Assembly: GCA_030601755.1 (NCBI GenBank)
Contig: JAUWBF010000003.1
Coordinates: 31,899 to 95,898, forward strand
Direction of reading: 5' to 3'
Length of the DNA: 64,000 nt
From: Verrucomicrobiota bacterium
GTDB taxonomy: Bacteria; Verrucomicrobiota; Verrucomicrobiia; Opitutales; Opitutaceae
Each line of letters opens with the position of its first letter. Position 1 is the stretch's first letter. The notes under the pieces were generated by a model. It was not told the DNA's origin. It searched no databases and saw only the letters and a program-made list of their open reading frames with translations. This document shows positions 1 to 9,614 of this stretch, piece by piece. The position numbers and the translations under genes are program-made.

Positions 1-604
1 TGACGATGTCGAAGGCGATCTCGGTGGGGTGGACCTCGAGGGCGAAGTTGACGTTGTGTTTTTCAAACGTGTCGAGGATCGGGCCGAAGCGCTTGCCGAA
101 ATCGGCGTATCCGGCGTTCCAATACTCCTGCGAGGTGGGCGGGAAGGCGTAGATGGAGTGCCAGATGGAGGAGCCGGTGAAGCCGTTGACGACGGCGGGA
201 AAGTCGTCGCGTTTGCCGCGGCCGGGTTTGGCGTCGAAGAAGGCGCGGGCGGCCTTGGCGGCGAGGGCGAGTTTCTTGGCGGCGCGCTTGCGCACGCCCT
301 CGGGCTTGCCGTCGCCCCAGACGTCGGGCGGGAGGATGGCTTTGTGGCGCTCGTCGATGAGGTCGCACACGGCCTGGCCGACGAGGTGGCTGGAGATGGC
401 GAAGCAGGTGAGGCCGTGGTCGGCGAGCAGTTCCCACTTGGCCTTCACGTAGGCCTTGGAGCGGGCGGCCTGGTCGACGTCGAAGTGGTCGCCCCAGCAG
501 GCGAGCTCAAGGCCGTCGTAGCCCATGGACTTGGCGAGGGGGGCAAGTTTTTCGAGGGGAAGGTCGGCCCATTGGCCGGTGAAGAGGGTGACGGGTCGTG
601 GCAT
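1..604 (-). CDS. sugar phosphate isomerase/epimerase (xylose-isomerase-like TIM barrel), C-terminus cut by window edge
   Basis: Own minus-strand translation from ATG (CAT at 602-604): [65 protein letters not shown]... The frame stays open to position 1. It is absent from the ORF track because it has no in-window stop. Confidence 0.7.
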   Translation of the reverse strand, partial: MPRPVTLFTGQWADLPLEKLAPLAKSMGYDGLELACWGDHFDVDQAARSKAYVKAKWELLADHGLTCFAISSHLVGQAVCDLIDERHKAILPPDVWGDGKPEGVRKRAAKKLALAAKAARAFFDAKPGRGKRDDFPAVVNGFTGSSIWHSIYAFPPTSQEYWNAGYADFGKRFGPILDTFEKHNVNFALEVHPTEIAFDIV

Positions 605-760
605 GGTGTTTGGGTGGGGATACGGGGTTTAACGCAAGGCAAGGCCTTGAGTTCCGCAAGGCCTTCAAATGCCATACACTTATTTTTTGCCCGGACGGTC
701 CCAAGTTTCTTGCGTGAAAAGGCTGTGAACGGCAGGTTGGCGACAACCCCCCTTTACCCC

Positions 761-1558
761 ATGATGATGCACTCGTTTTCGACGTTGGGCTGTCCGGAGC
801 TGGATTTGGACGGCGTGGTGGCCCTGGCGGCCCGGCATGGTTTTCACACGGTGGAGCTGCGCGCGTTGTGCGGCCGGCTGGATTTGCCGGCGTTGTTCAC
901 CGAGCAGTTCGGCACGCCGGAGAAGTGGGCGGAGTATCTGAAGACGCGTCGCATCCGGGTGTGCGCGCTGGACACGTCGTTCAAGCTGATCGGCTCGACC
1001 GAGGCCGAACGCGCGGAGTTGCTCGAATACGTGCGCTGGGCCGACGCGGCCGACGTGCTTTGGCTGCGGGTGCTCGACGGCGGCACCACGGGCACGCCCG
1101 AGGAGATCGACGAGGCGGTGGCCACGATGGAGTGGTGGCGCGAGCAGCGGTTTAAAAACTTCTGGGCGGTCGACCTGCTGGTGGAGCCGTATGACGCCTT
1201 GGCGAAGCAGGCGCCGCTGAAGCAGTTTCTCGACCGCGTGCCGCACGCGACGCTCCTTTGGGACTGCCACCGCATGTGGCGGCAGGGCGGCGAGGATCCG
1301 GTGTCGACGTGGTCGCTGGTCAAGGACCGCACGGCGCACATCCATGTGAAGGACAGCGTCAACCAGCCGAGCGAAAAGCACCCGTTCACCTATGTGATGC
1401 CGGGCGAGGGCGAGTTCCCGATGCGGCCGCTGCTCGACGCGTTGAAGCAGGACAAGTTCGGCGGCGTGCTCAGCCTGGAGTGGAACCGCTTCTGGCACCC
1501 CTACCTGCCCGAGCTGGACAAGGCGCTGCACTCGGCGGCTCGCACGCGCTGGTGGTGA
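761..1558 (+). CDS. sugar phosphate isomerase/epimerase family protein (TIM barrel)
   Basis: C-terminal 265 aa of ORF 29..1558: MMMHSFSTLGCPELDLDGVVALAARHGFHTVELR...AHIHVKD...LSLEWN. Start set at ATG 761 because the upstream part of that ORF is antisense to the gene at 1..604. Confidence 0.7.
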   Translation: MMMHSFSTLGCPELDLDGVVALAARHGFHTVELRALCGRLDLPALFTEQFGTPEKWAEYLKTRRIRVCALDTSFKLIGSTEAERAELLEYVRWADAADVLWLRVLDGGTTGTPEEIDEAVATMEWWREQRFKNFWAVDLLVEPYDALAKQAPLKQFLDRVPHATLLWDCHRMWRQGGEDPVSTWSLVKDRTAHIHVKDSVNQPSEKHPFTYVMPGEGEFPMRPLLDALKQDKFGGVLSLEWNRFWHPYLPELDKALHSAARTRWW

Positions 1559-1579
1559 TGGACGGCCCAAGGAGCGCCC

Positions 1580-2932
1580 TCAGGGCGCGTAGATCCACCA
1601 GCGACGCTGGGTTTGCTGGCGGTAGACCTCGCATTGTTGGCGCCAGCGGGCCTTGAAGGCGTCGAGGTTGACCGCGGCGCCCTGGGTCGAGAGCGCCTGC
1701 CACCATTCGGTGGAGCCGACGTGGATGTTGAACGAGCGCATCTTGGTGGCGTCGAGCTTGGCGAAGGGGTTGGGCGGATCGTAGCGGCAGGCCAGGCGCA
1801 TGAGTTCGAAGCTGAGCTCGGTGGGGTTCCAGGCGTTCCAGTCGGTGACCTGCACGTAGACGGCCTGGAGCGTGTGGCCCTGGTCGTTCTTCGTGGTGAT
1901 CTTGCGGAAGGCGAGGCCGGGGAGGTTGAGCGCGTTGAGGTCGGCGATGATCTGGTCGGGCGACTTGCCGCGGAACGTGATCGCGCGGAACGGGTGGTCC
2001 TTGCCGATGCCGTGCTTGAAGCCGCTATATTCGCAACCGAGCCCGACCATGGCATAGCCGACGACCGCGGAGAAATCGCGGATCATGGGCGAGGTCGGCA
2101 CGAAGTTCAGCCCGGTCTCGGGCCAGCGCATGGAGCGTTTCCAGCCGCGCATCGGCACGATGGTGAGCCGGCCGCGCTGGCGCACGTCGTCGGGGATCGC
2201 GAGCACGCCGGGAGCGTTGGCCGCCATGCGCGCGAGCTCGCCCATGGTCAGCCCGTGCACGTAGGGAATGCGAAACGCGCCCACGCCGCTCATCCACTCG
2301 CGGTCGAGATGGGGGCCGTCGACCTTGAGGCCGCCGAGCGGGTTGGGGCGGTCGAGGAGCACGACTTCCACGCCGGCCTGGAAACACGCCTCGATGGCGT
2401 AGCGCATGGTGACGTTGTAGGTGTAGGAGCGGACGCCGATGTCCTGCAGGTCGATGACAAGGGCATCGAGACCCTTGAGCTGCTGCGGGGTGGGCCGGCG
2501 GTTCTTGCCGTGCAACGAATACACCGGCAGGCCGCTGCGCGGATCGCGGAAGTCCTCCACGTTCTTGCTGGCGGGCTCGTCGCTGTAGAGGCTGTGCTCG
2601 GGCGAGAACAACGCCACCAACCGGACGCCTGACGCGCGGCGCAGGACGTCGATGGTGCTTTGTCCGCGGCGGTTTACGCCGGCGGCGTGGGTGAGCAGGC
2701 CGACGGTCTTGCCTTGGATCGCGCGAAAGCCCGAGGCCTCGAGCACGTCGATGCCGAGCATGACGGGGTGCACGGGCACGTGGGGCAGGGCGGCGTTGGC
2801 CGGCGCGGGGCGGGCGGCCGGCTCGGTGGCGGCGGGCGCGGGCCGCGAGGCGCTGCAACCAAGAAAGCCGACGGCGATGGTGGCGAGGAGCAGGTGGCAG
2901 CGCAGAAGCGATTGGCGGAAGAGGGCGGTCAT
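1580..2932 (-). CDS. DUF1343 family protein (NamZ-like exo-beta-N-acetylmuramidase), lipoprotein signal
   Basis: Part of ORF 1580..3523. Start at ATG 2932 gives MTALFRQSLLRCHLLLATIAVGFLGCSAS (lipobox-like LGC), then VMLGIDVLEASGF...GLLTHAAGVNRRGQSTIDVL...LFSPEH...LVIDLQDIGVRSYTY, typical of DUF1343. Confidence 0.75.
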   Translation of the reverse strand: MTALFRQSLLRCHLLLATIAVGFLGCSASRPAPAATEPAARPAPANAALPHVPVHPVMLGIDVLEASGFRAIQGKTVGLLTHAAGVNRRGQSTIDVLRRASGVRLVALFSPEHSLYSDEPASKNVEDFRDPRSGLPVYSLHGKNRRPTPQQLKGLDALVIDLQDIGVRSYTYNVTMRYAIEACFQAGVEVVLLDRPNPLGGLKVDGPHLDREWMSGVGAFRIPYVHGLTMGELARMAANAPGVLAIPDDVRQRGRLTIVPMRGWKRSMRWPETGLNFVPTSPMIRDFSAVVGYAMVGLGCEYSGFKHGIGKDHPFRAITFRGKSPDQIIADLNALNLPGLAFRKITTKNDQGHTLQAVYVQVTDWNAWNPTELSFELMRLACRYDPPNPFAKLDATKMRSFNIHVGSTEWWQALSTQGAAVNLDAFKARWRQQCEVYRQQTQRRWWIYAP

Positions 2933-3684
2933 GCGGACGGGCGTGAGTCGGGTGGTGTTTTTTCGGAAGATGTCTGATCGGGAGAGGCCGTGTCGGGAGA
3001 CGCGTGGGCCATGATCGCGCGGCGCAGGCGGACCTTGCGCCGGTGCACCTCGGCCTGCCGCACGGAGATGACCCAGAGCAGGTCGATGATCGTGCCGACC
3101 ACGAGGCCGACGATCAGGCCGCCGATGATGAAGGCGTTGATCTGCGTGCCCACGCCGGAGGTCCAGCGGTGCAGGCGGCCGGTCTCCTCGGGCGAGGGCG
3201 GGGGAGTGGCTTCGCGGATCACCGGCGGGTGCAGCAACGGGTCGATGTCCTTGGCGGGCGCGAGTTCCTCGGCGGACGGCGGGCTGTGGCCGAAGCCCGA
3301 GTGGTGGATCACCGCGCTGCCCACCTGATGCGTCAGGTAAAACGACGGCACGACCGTGAACGGGTTGGTTAAAAACTGCAGGCCGACCAGCACCATGACG
3401 TTGCGCCGCAGCAGCACCGCCAGCGCGAACGACAACAGCATCTGGATGCCCAGCACCGGCAGGAACGCCAGCACCGAGCCCACGTAGATCGCCGGCCGCA
3501 CGTCCGCCGAGCGAAACGACCACAGGTAGGAACGTTTGCGCGCGAACGCCGCGAAGCGCCCGATCACCGGGTAGGTGTGAAACCGAGCCCTCCGGGGCAT
3601 GAAGCGCAGGAAAAACTTCGCGCGCCGGATGCGGGCGAATCTCTCGCGCAGATGCAGGTGGTGCTGATGCTCCTCGGAGGTCAT
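2929..3684 (-). CDS. DUF2062-like membrane protein
   Basis: ORF 2929..3726. RFMPRRARFHTYPVIGRFA...SYLWSFR followed by hydrophobic helices. Its stop overlaps the next gene's start (ATGA at 2929-2932). Start MTSEEHQ at 3684 preferred. Confidence 0.55.
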   Translation of the reverse strand: MTSEEHQHHLHLRERFARIRRAKFFLRFMPRRARFHTYPVIGRFAAFARKRSYLWSFRSADVRPAIYVGSVLAFLPVLGIQMLLSFALAVLLRRNVMVLVGLQFLTNPFTVVPSFYLTHQVGSAVIHHSGFGHSPPSAEELAPAKDIDPLLHPPVIREATPPPSPEETGRLHRWTSGVGTQINAFIIGGLIVGLVVGTIIDLLWVISVRQAEVHRRKVRLRRAIMAHASPDTASPDQTSSEKTPPDSRPSA

Positions 3685-3738
3685 GGGGCGACGCTCAGCA
3701 AACCAGCCCGCGTCCCGCGGCTGCAAACGGAAACCGGC

Positions 3739-3993
3739 TCATTCGTCGCCCACGCGCTCGAAACGCGGCCGCGTCACGCCGTCGATCTCGACCGTTTCCA
3801 AAAACATCGTGCGTGGCCGCACCCACAGGCCGTGGTCGCCGTAGAGCAGTTGATAGACGACGAGTTCCTCCTCGGTCTCGGAGTGGCGGGCGACGCCGAG
3901 GACGCGGTAGTCCTTGCCCTTGTAGTGGCGGTAGCGGCCGGGCAGGGGACCGTCGGCGGGCACGGGGATCGGCGGAAAGGCGGAGTCGGGCAT
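3739..3993 (-). CDS. DUF1653 domain protein
   Basis: Tail of ORF 3739..4371: MPDSAFPPIPVPADGPLPGRYRHYKGKDYRVLGVARHSETEEELVVYQLLYGDHGLWVRPRTMFLETVEIDG. The YRHYKG..Y.V...ARHSET.E..VVY motif matches DUF1653. Confidence 0.6.
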   Translation of the reverse strand: MPDSAFPPIPVPADGPLPGRYRHYKGKDYRVLGVARHSETEEELVVYQLLYGDHGLWVRPRTMFLETVEIDGVTRPRFERVGDE

Positions 3994-4126
3994 GGCAAAC
4001 GTCATTGAAGAGGCAACCGCGCGCGCGTCGCAACCGTCGGCGGGTGAAAAATCGCCGCCGCGCCACGGAGTCGTTGCGCGCCCGACGTTGCGGCCCCACC
4101 GACCGCCGGTCACAGTGCGTCCCATC

Positions 4127-5089
4127 ATGACAAACCTGCGCCCGAACATGCACCATCCGTGGGTGATCGGACATAGAGGAGCCTGCGGCCACTGGCCGGA
4201 GAACACGCTGCCGTCGATTCGCGGCGCGCACGTGCTCGGCGTGGACTGGGTGGAGATCGACGCGGTGCTCACGCGCGACGGGGTGGTCGCGCTCTCCCAC
4301 GATCTTTGGCTCGACGCGGTGACCGACGTGGCCGCGCGTTTCCCGGGACGCGCGCGGGCCGACGGGCGCACCTACGCGGCCGACCTCGACTGGGCCGAGG
4401 TGCAAACGCTGCGGGTCGGCGCGCGGCGCGACGAGGCGACCGGCGCGCCCGTCTTCCCCTCGCGACGGTTGGAGGGCGCGGGCGAGACCGGGCTCTGCCG
4501 GCTGCGCGACGCGGTGGCCGCGTTGCGCGAACTCAACGCCGCCGACGGGCACCGCGCCTGCCGCCGCGTCGGGCTCGTCGTCGAGGCGAAGTTTCCCGCT
4601 TGGCACGCCGCGCGCGGGTTGGACCTCGCGGCGGCGATTCGCGCCGAGCTGGCCGACGCGGGCGACCTGCCGTTGGTCATCGAGACGTTTGACCCGCACG
4701 CGTTGCGCGCCTGGTGTCAACGCGCGGACGAGTGGCCCGAGGCCGGGCGCTGGGGCTGGTGGCAATTGCTGGGCGAAAACGCCTGGGGCGAGGCCGATTG
4801 CGACTATGACGAGCTGCGCACGGCGGACGGTCTGCGGCGCATCGCGGGCTGGGCGGACGGCGTGGCGATCAACCTCGAGCGGGCCACGCCGGATTTTTCC
4901 GCGGCGGCGCGCGCGGCCGGTCTGGCCGTGTTCGCCTACACGGCGCGGGCCGAGTCGGCGGACGGCGGATTGCCCGCGGCGTTGGTGGGCGGCGGGTTGG
5001 ACGGCATTTTCGCGGACCAGCCGGAGATCGCGCTGCGTTGGCGGTCGGAGTGGGCAAACGCCAAGGGTTTGCAGGCGCGGAAAATGTAA
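4127..5089 (+). CDS. glycerophosphodiester phosphodiesterase family protein
   Basis: ORF 3992..5089. ATG at 4127 gives MTNLRPNMHHPWVIGHRGACGHWPENTLPSIRGA...VDWVEIDAVLTRDGVVALSHD, the GDPD signature HRG...PENT...E.D. Confidence 0.75.
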   Translation: MTNLRPNMHHPWVIGHRGACGHWPENTLPSIRGAHVLGVDWVEIDAVLTRDGVVALSHDLWLDAVTDVAARFPGRARADGRTYAADLDWAEVQTLRVGARRDEATGAPVFPSRRLEGAGETGLCRLRDAVAALRELNAADGHRACRRVGLVVEAKFPAWHAARGLDLAAAIRAELADAGDLPLVIETFDPHALRAWCQRADEWPEAGRWGWWQLLGENAWGEADCDYDELRTADGLRRIAGWADGVAINLERATPDFSAAARAAGLAVFAYTARAESADGGLPAALVGGGLDGIFADQPEIALRWRSEWANAKGLQARKM

Positions 5090-5160
5090 AAACCTTTCGC
5101 TTCCCCTCCGCGGACGGCTTGGCGTAAAACCAGCAGCTCCGTCTTCCTGTATAAATAACC

Positions 5161-6696
5161 ATGTCCGTCCGTCGTTTAGCCTTGGTCCGGTGTTTTCTGT
5201 GCGTGTCGCTCTTCGGCGTGTTGCCGGCGGCGGCCGCCATCGAACGCGTCGAGGTCAACTTCGACCACGTGCGCCGGCTCGCGGCGGAGCGCGCTCGGGA
5301 GCCCTACCGCTCCACGTCCGGCGACCTGCCCAAGGGGCTCGCCAAGCTCACCCGCATGGAGGAGCTGGGCATCCGCTTCCGTCCGGGCGGGGAGATCTGG
5401 GGCGGTGACGGGCTGCCCTTCAACCTCGAGCTGCTCCACCGCGGGCCGTTGCGGCCCGAGGCGATGACGGTGCGCGAGTTCAGCGCGACGCATGAGCAGA
5501 CGATCCCGTTTTCCAAAAACTTCTTCGAATACGGCGACGCCGGCCGGGTGGGGTGGCTGCGCTCCTCGCTCAATTTCGCCGGCGTGCGGGTGCGGGCGGC
5601 GATCAACCGCCCGGACGCCTACGACGAGTGGCTGACGTTTGTCGCCGGTGCCTGGCGCGCCATCGGCTCGGGTCAGGCACCCGGCGCGTGGGCCAAGGGC
5701 CTCGCGGTCGACGCCGGCGTGCCCGGCATTACCGAGGAAAGCCCGCTGTTTACCGACGTCTGGCTGGGCAAGCCCGAGCCGGGCGCGCGGCGGTTGACGG
5801 TCTACGCGTTGCTCGACACGCCGAGCCTGACCGGCGCGTATCAATTCCACGTCACCCCCGGCGCCCGCACGACCGCCGAGGTGCGCGTCGAGCTGTATTT
5901 CCGAAAAAACGTGGCGCAGGTCGGCTTCGCGCCGCTGACCACGTCCTTCTGGTATGGCGAAAACACCCCGCGCCCCCCGGGCCTGCTCTGGCCGGAGCGG
6001 CACGACTCGGACGGCCTGCTCGTGCGCACCCGCGGCCAGGCCCCGCTCTGGCGTCCGCTCGGCAACCCCGCCGGCGTGCAACGCAGCGAGTTGACCGTGC
6101 CGGCGCTGGAGGGCTTCGGGCTTTTGCAACGCGACCGCGACCCCGCGCACTATCAGGACCTCGACGTCGCCTTTCACCAAAAACCCTCGGTCTGGATCGA
6201 GCCGGTCGGGAACTGGGGCGCGGGCTCCGTCCGCCTGATCGAGTTGCCCAATCCCCGCGGCGCGGACCGCAACATCATCGCCTTCTGGGTGCCGGCCGCG
6301 CCGCCCGACATCACCCGTCCCGTGCCCATCGCCTACCGCGTGACCTGGGGCGAACCCGAGGCCGCCGCCTATGCGCGCCTCGCGCGGGTCGTTTCCACCC
6401 GCTCCGGCGTGCCGCCGGGCGCGGGCGAGGCGGGCGGACGCGTGCGGCTCTTCTGGGTGGATTTCCAAGGCGAGGCCGTGGCCGGCTTGCAAGACCCCGA
6501 GGTGACGGCGCACGTCGACGCGCGTTACGGCCGAGTGCTCGCCCACCGCCTCGTGCGCAATCCCGGCCTGCCCGGCTGGCGCGTCGAGATCGAGGTCGAG
6601 GCCGACGAGGGCGCGCGCCTGGTGGAATTGAGCTGTCAGTTGCGCCGCGGTTATGAAGCATTGAGCGAAAGCTGGACCACGCCATGGATTCCCTGA
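5161..6696 (+). CDS. opgG: periplasmic glucan biosynthesis protein, OpgG/OpgD (MdoG) family
   Basis: 511-aa ORF with a signal peptide (MSVRRLALVRCFLCVSLFGVLPAAAA). Size and sequence are typical of MdoG, and opgH lies downstream. Confidence 0.85.
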   Translation: MSVRRLALVRCFLCVSLFGVLPAAAAIERVEVNFDHVRRLAAERAREPYRSTSGDLPKGLAKLTRMEELGIRFRPGGEIWGGDGLPFNLELLHRGPLRPEAMTVREFSATHEQTIPFSKNFFEYGDAGRVGWLRSSLNFAGVRVRAAINRPDAYDEWLTFVAGAWRAIGSGQAPGAWAKGLAVDAGVPGITEESPLFTDVWLGKPEPGARRLTVYALLDTPSLTGAYQFHVTPGARTTAEVRVELYFRKNVAQVGFAPLTTSFWYGENTPRPPGLLWPERHDSDGLLVRTRGQAPLWRPLGNPAGVQRSELTVPALEGFGLLQRDRDPAHYQDLDVAFHQKPSVWIEPVGNWGAGSVRLIELPNPRGADRNIIAFWVPAAPPDITRPVPIAYRVTWGEPEAAAYARLARVVSTRSGVPPGAGEAGGRVRLFWVDFQGEAVAGLQDPEVTAHVDARYGRVLAHRLVRNPGLPGWRVEIEVEADEGARLVELSCQLRRGYEALSESWTTPWIP

Positions 6697-7277
6697 ACAC
6701 CCTGCCCGCGACGCCCTCCGCGGAGTCTCCGCTCCCGATCGACCGGGCGTGGGACGAGGCGTTTCTGCGCGTCGAGAGCTATCTGCGCTCCCACCGGCTC
6801 GAGAGCCGCATCCTCATCAGCCGCCTCACCACCGAGATCATCCGCGCCGCGCAGGCCGAGGCCGCCGCCCGGCCCGGACTCGTGCCCGTGCAGGTCGCCA
6901 TGGACGTGGCCGACCGCCGCATGAGCGCGTGGTTCATGCGCGTGCTCGGCGAGGACGTGGCGGACGAACCCCGCCTCGGCGCCCGCGGCCGGCTCGCGCT
7001 CGTGCTCGCCGACGTGCCCGGCCGCTGGCCCCAGTATTTTCTCTCCGACGAACCGCCGCCCGCCGACCTGGTCGCCGCCATGCGCAGCGCCTACGTCGAG
7101 GCCGGCCCGCAACTGCGTTTCTCCAACATGGTGCCGCGCCCCATCGACCTCGGCCCGATCGCCTCCGCCGCCGGCGAGACCTGGAGCACGCTCCGCCGCT
7201 GGCCGTTGCTTCGCGCCGTGCTCGGCTGGGTGTTGATCGTCGCCGCGCTCGCCGGCATCTGGGCGGCCACGCATTGA
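6684..7277 (+). CDS. hypothetical protein with C-terminal TM helix, between opgG and opgH
   Basis: 197-aa ORF overlapping the opgG end by 13 nt and ending 10 nt before the opgH ATG. C-terminal WPLLRAVLGWVLIVAALAGIWAA. No recognisable domain. Confidence 0.5.
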   Translation: MDSLNTLPATPSAESPLPIDRAWDEAFLRVESYLRSHRLESRILISRLTTEIIRAAQAEAAARPGLVPVQVAMDVADRRMSAWFMRVLGEDVADEPRLGARGRLALVLADVPGRWPQYFLSDEPPPADLVAAMRSAYVEAGPQLRFSNMVPRPIDLGPIASAAGETWSTLRRWPLLRAVLGWVLIVAALAGIWAATH

Positions 7278-7287
7278 TCCTCGCCCC

Positions 7288-9468
7288 ATGAGCAACCCGC
7301 CCGAAACCAACGGCCGCGCGGCCGCCTCCGCCGACCCCGCGCTGCTCGACCCCGGCCGCATCACCCGCCGCCGCACGCTCGTCGCCACCCTCGTGCTCCT
7401 GCTCACCGGACCGGCCGTGCTGCTCATGGCCGACCTGCACTGGCGCGCCGGCTTCGACGGGTGGAAGGGCGTGCACCTCGCGCTGTTCACGATCCTGTTC
7501 ACGCTGATCGCGTTTGGCGCCACGCAGGCGCTCATCGGGTTCTTCATGCGCGGCCGGCACGACCCCTGCCGCATCACCAAGACCCTCTCGCCCGAGGACG
7601 AGGCGGCCGACGTCACCGCGCCCACCGCGGTCGTCATGCCCATCTGCAACGAGGACCCCGCGCGCGTCTTCGAGGGCGTGCGCGTCATCTACGAGTCGCT
7701 CCGCGCCACCGGCCAGATCGCGTCGTTCGACTTCTTCCTGCTCAGCGACTCCGGCAATCCCAACCGCTGGATCGAGGAGGAGGCCTCCTGGCAGGCGCTC
7801 ATCCGCCAGCTCGACGCCCGCGGCCGGATTTTTTACCGCAAGCGCCGCGTCAACACCAACAAGAAGTCCGGCAACCTCGCCGACTTCTGCCGCCGCTGGG
7901 GCCGCCGCTACCGCTACATGCTCGTGCTCGACGCCGACAGCATCATGACCGGCTCCGCCATCGTGAAGCTCGTTCGCCTCATGGAGAAAAACCCCGGCAC
8001 CGGCATCATCCAGACCGTGCCGCGCCTGGTGAATGGCGAAACCGTCTTCGCCCGCCTCCAGCAATTCGCCAGCCGCCTCTACGGCCCCGTCTTCGCGCGC
8101 GGCCTCAGCTACTGGCAGCTCGGCGAGGCCAACTACTGGGGCCACAACGCCATCATCCGCCTCGCGCCCTTCATCGAGCACTGCTCGTTGCCCGACTTGC
8201 CCGGCAGCGAACCCTTCGGCGGCCGCATCCTCAGTCACGACTACGTCGAGGCCGCCCTCATGCGTCGCGCCGGCTGGGCCGTCTGGCTCGCCCCCAGTTT
8301 GGAAGGCAGCTACGAGGAATGCCCCGCCAACCTCATCGACTTCGCCAAGCGCGACCGCCGCTGGCTCCAGGGCAACCTCCAGCACGCCTGGCTGCTCGCC
8401 GCCAAGGGACTGCACGCCGTCAACCGCCTGCACCTCGCCCTCGGTATCCTCGCCTACCTCGCCTCGCCCCTCTGGCTGGCCTTCCTCGTTGTCACCACCA
8501 TCATCGCGTGGCAACTCTCCTCGACCGGCCTCGAACTCCTGCCGGTCGACAACAGCTTCGCGCGCTACCTGCCGCTCTCGTTCACCGCGCAGGCCCTCGC
8601 GCTGCTCGCCGGCACGCTCGGCCTGCTCTTCCTGCCCAAGATCCTCGCCATCCTCGACCTCACCCGCTGGCCCGGCGCGGTGCGCGCCTTCGGCGGCTGG
8701 TCGCGCGTGGTCGGCGGCGTCCTGCTCGAGACCGCCGCCTTCACCCTCATCGCCCCGGTGCTGATGCTCTTTCACACCAAGTTCATCGCGCTCACCCTGC
8801 TTGGCCGCGGCGTCGCCTGGATCACCCAGCGCCGCGGTCAGGACGGCGAGCCCGACTGGCGCGAGGTCATCCTCACCCACTCCGGGCAGACCGTCCTCGG
8901 CCTGCTCTGGGGCGGGTTCGCCGTGTGGGTCAACCCCGGCCTCGCCGTCTGGATGGCCCCCATCCTCGCCGGCCTCGCGCTCTCGATCCCCGTCTCGCTC
9001 GTCACCGGCCAGCTTGTCGCCGGAAAACGGATACAGGCCCTCGGCCTCTTCGCCACCCCCGAGGAGACCTCGCCCCCCGCCGAGCTCGTGCGCCTCGCCG
9101 ACCTCGTCGAGCGTTGCCGCCGGCACCCCGCGCCCCTCGCCGAGCTCGCCGACGACCACGGCCTCCTCCAGGCCGTGCTCGACCCCTACGTCAACGCCGT
9201 GCACGTCGCCCTCCTGCGCGAGAAGGACACCACCCCGCGCGCCAGCGAGACCCGCTTCGCCGGCCTCCGCGAAACCCTGCTGCGCAAGGGCCCCTCGGCC
9301 CTCACAACCAAGGACAAAAACGCCCTGCTCGTCGACGCCGACTCGATGGGTGAGATTCATATGGAGCTCTGGTCCACGCCCCCCTCCGAACTCGCCGAGT
9401 GGTGGCGCACCGCCATCCGCCACTACAACGTGCTCGCGCCCGTGCCGCCGACCGCGCTGCACCGCTGA
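7288..9468 (+). CDS. opgH: glucans biosynthesis glucosyltransferase H (GT2, multi-TM)
   Basis: 726 aa: VVMPICNEDP...FFLLSDS...NKKSGNLADFCRRWG..YRYMLVLDADSIM...RDRRWLQGNLQH, the classic MdoH motifs. Confidence 0.9.
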   Translation: MSNPPETNGRAAASADPALLDPGRITRRRTLVATLVLLLTGPAVLLMADLHWRAGFDGWKGVHLALFTILFTLIAFGATQALIGFFMRGRHDPCRITKTLSPEDEAADVTAPTAVVMPICNEDPARVFEGVRVIYESLRATGQIASFDFFLLSDSGNPNRWIEEEASWQALIRQLDARGRIFYRKRRVNTNKKSGNLADFCRRWGRRYRYMLVLDADSIMTGSAIVKLVRLMEKNPGTGIIQTVPRLVNGETVFARLQQFASRLYGPVFARGLSYWQLGEANYWGHNAIIRLAPFIEHCSLPDLPGSEPFGGRILSHDYVEAALMRRAGWAVWLAPSLEGSYEECPANLIDFAKRDRRWLQGNLQHAWLLAAKGLHAVNRLHLALGILAYLASPLWLAFLVVTTIIAWQLSSTGLELLPVDNSFARYLPLSFTAQALALLAGTLGLLFLPKILAILDLTRWPGAVRAFGGWSRVVGGVLLETAAFTLIAPVLMLFHTKFIALTLLGRGVAWITQRRGQDGEPDWREVILTHSGQTVLGLLWGGFAVWVNPGLAVWMAPILAGLALSIPVSLVTGQLVAGKRIQALGLFATPEETSPPAELVRLADLVERCRRHPAPLAELADDHGLLQAVLDPYVNAVHVALLREKDTTPRASETRFAGLRETLLRKGPSALTTKDKNALLVDADSMGEIHMELWSTPPSELAEWWRTAIRHYNVLAPVPPTALHR

Positions 9469-9614
9469 GAAAAAACGTCTTGTCATCGGGTGATTAAAAT
9501 CAATTCCCCCATGGTTTTTCTATTGCGACGCCCCGTTGCATGGGCTGAATTTCCGGACCCCTCGTCGCCGCCGGTTTCACTCTGGCAACGGCCCAACATC
9601 CCCTAGTTTCACCC

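Noticed and set aside
29-1558. 509-aa ORF as a single gene
   Set aside because: Its first ~190 codons are the antisense shadow of the real minus-strand isomerase gene (1..604), with low-complexity G/A/E/V composition. Only the part from ATG 761 looks like a protein family.
1580-3523. 647-aa form of the DUF1343 gene
   Set aside because: The upstream 197 codons are Arg/Pro/Gly-rich and overlap the DUF2062 gene out of frame. The ATG at 2932 gives a lipoprotein signal and a 4-nt coupling overlap.
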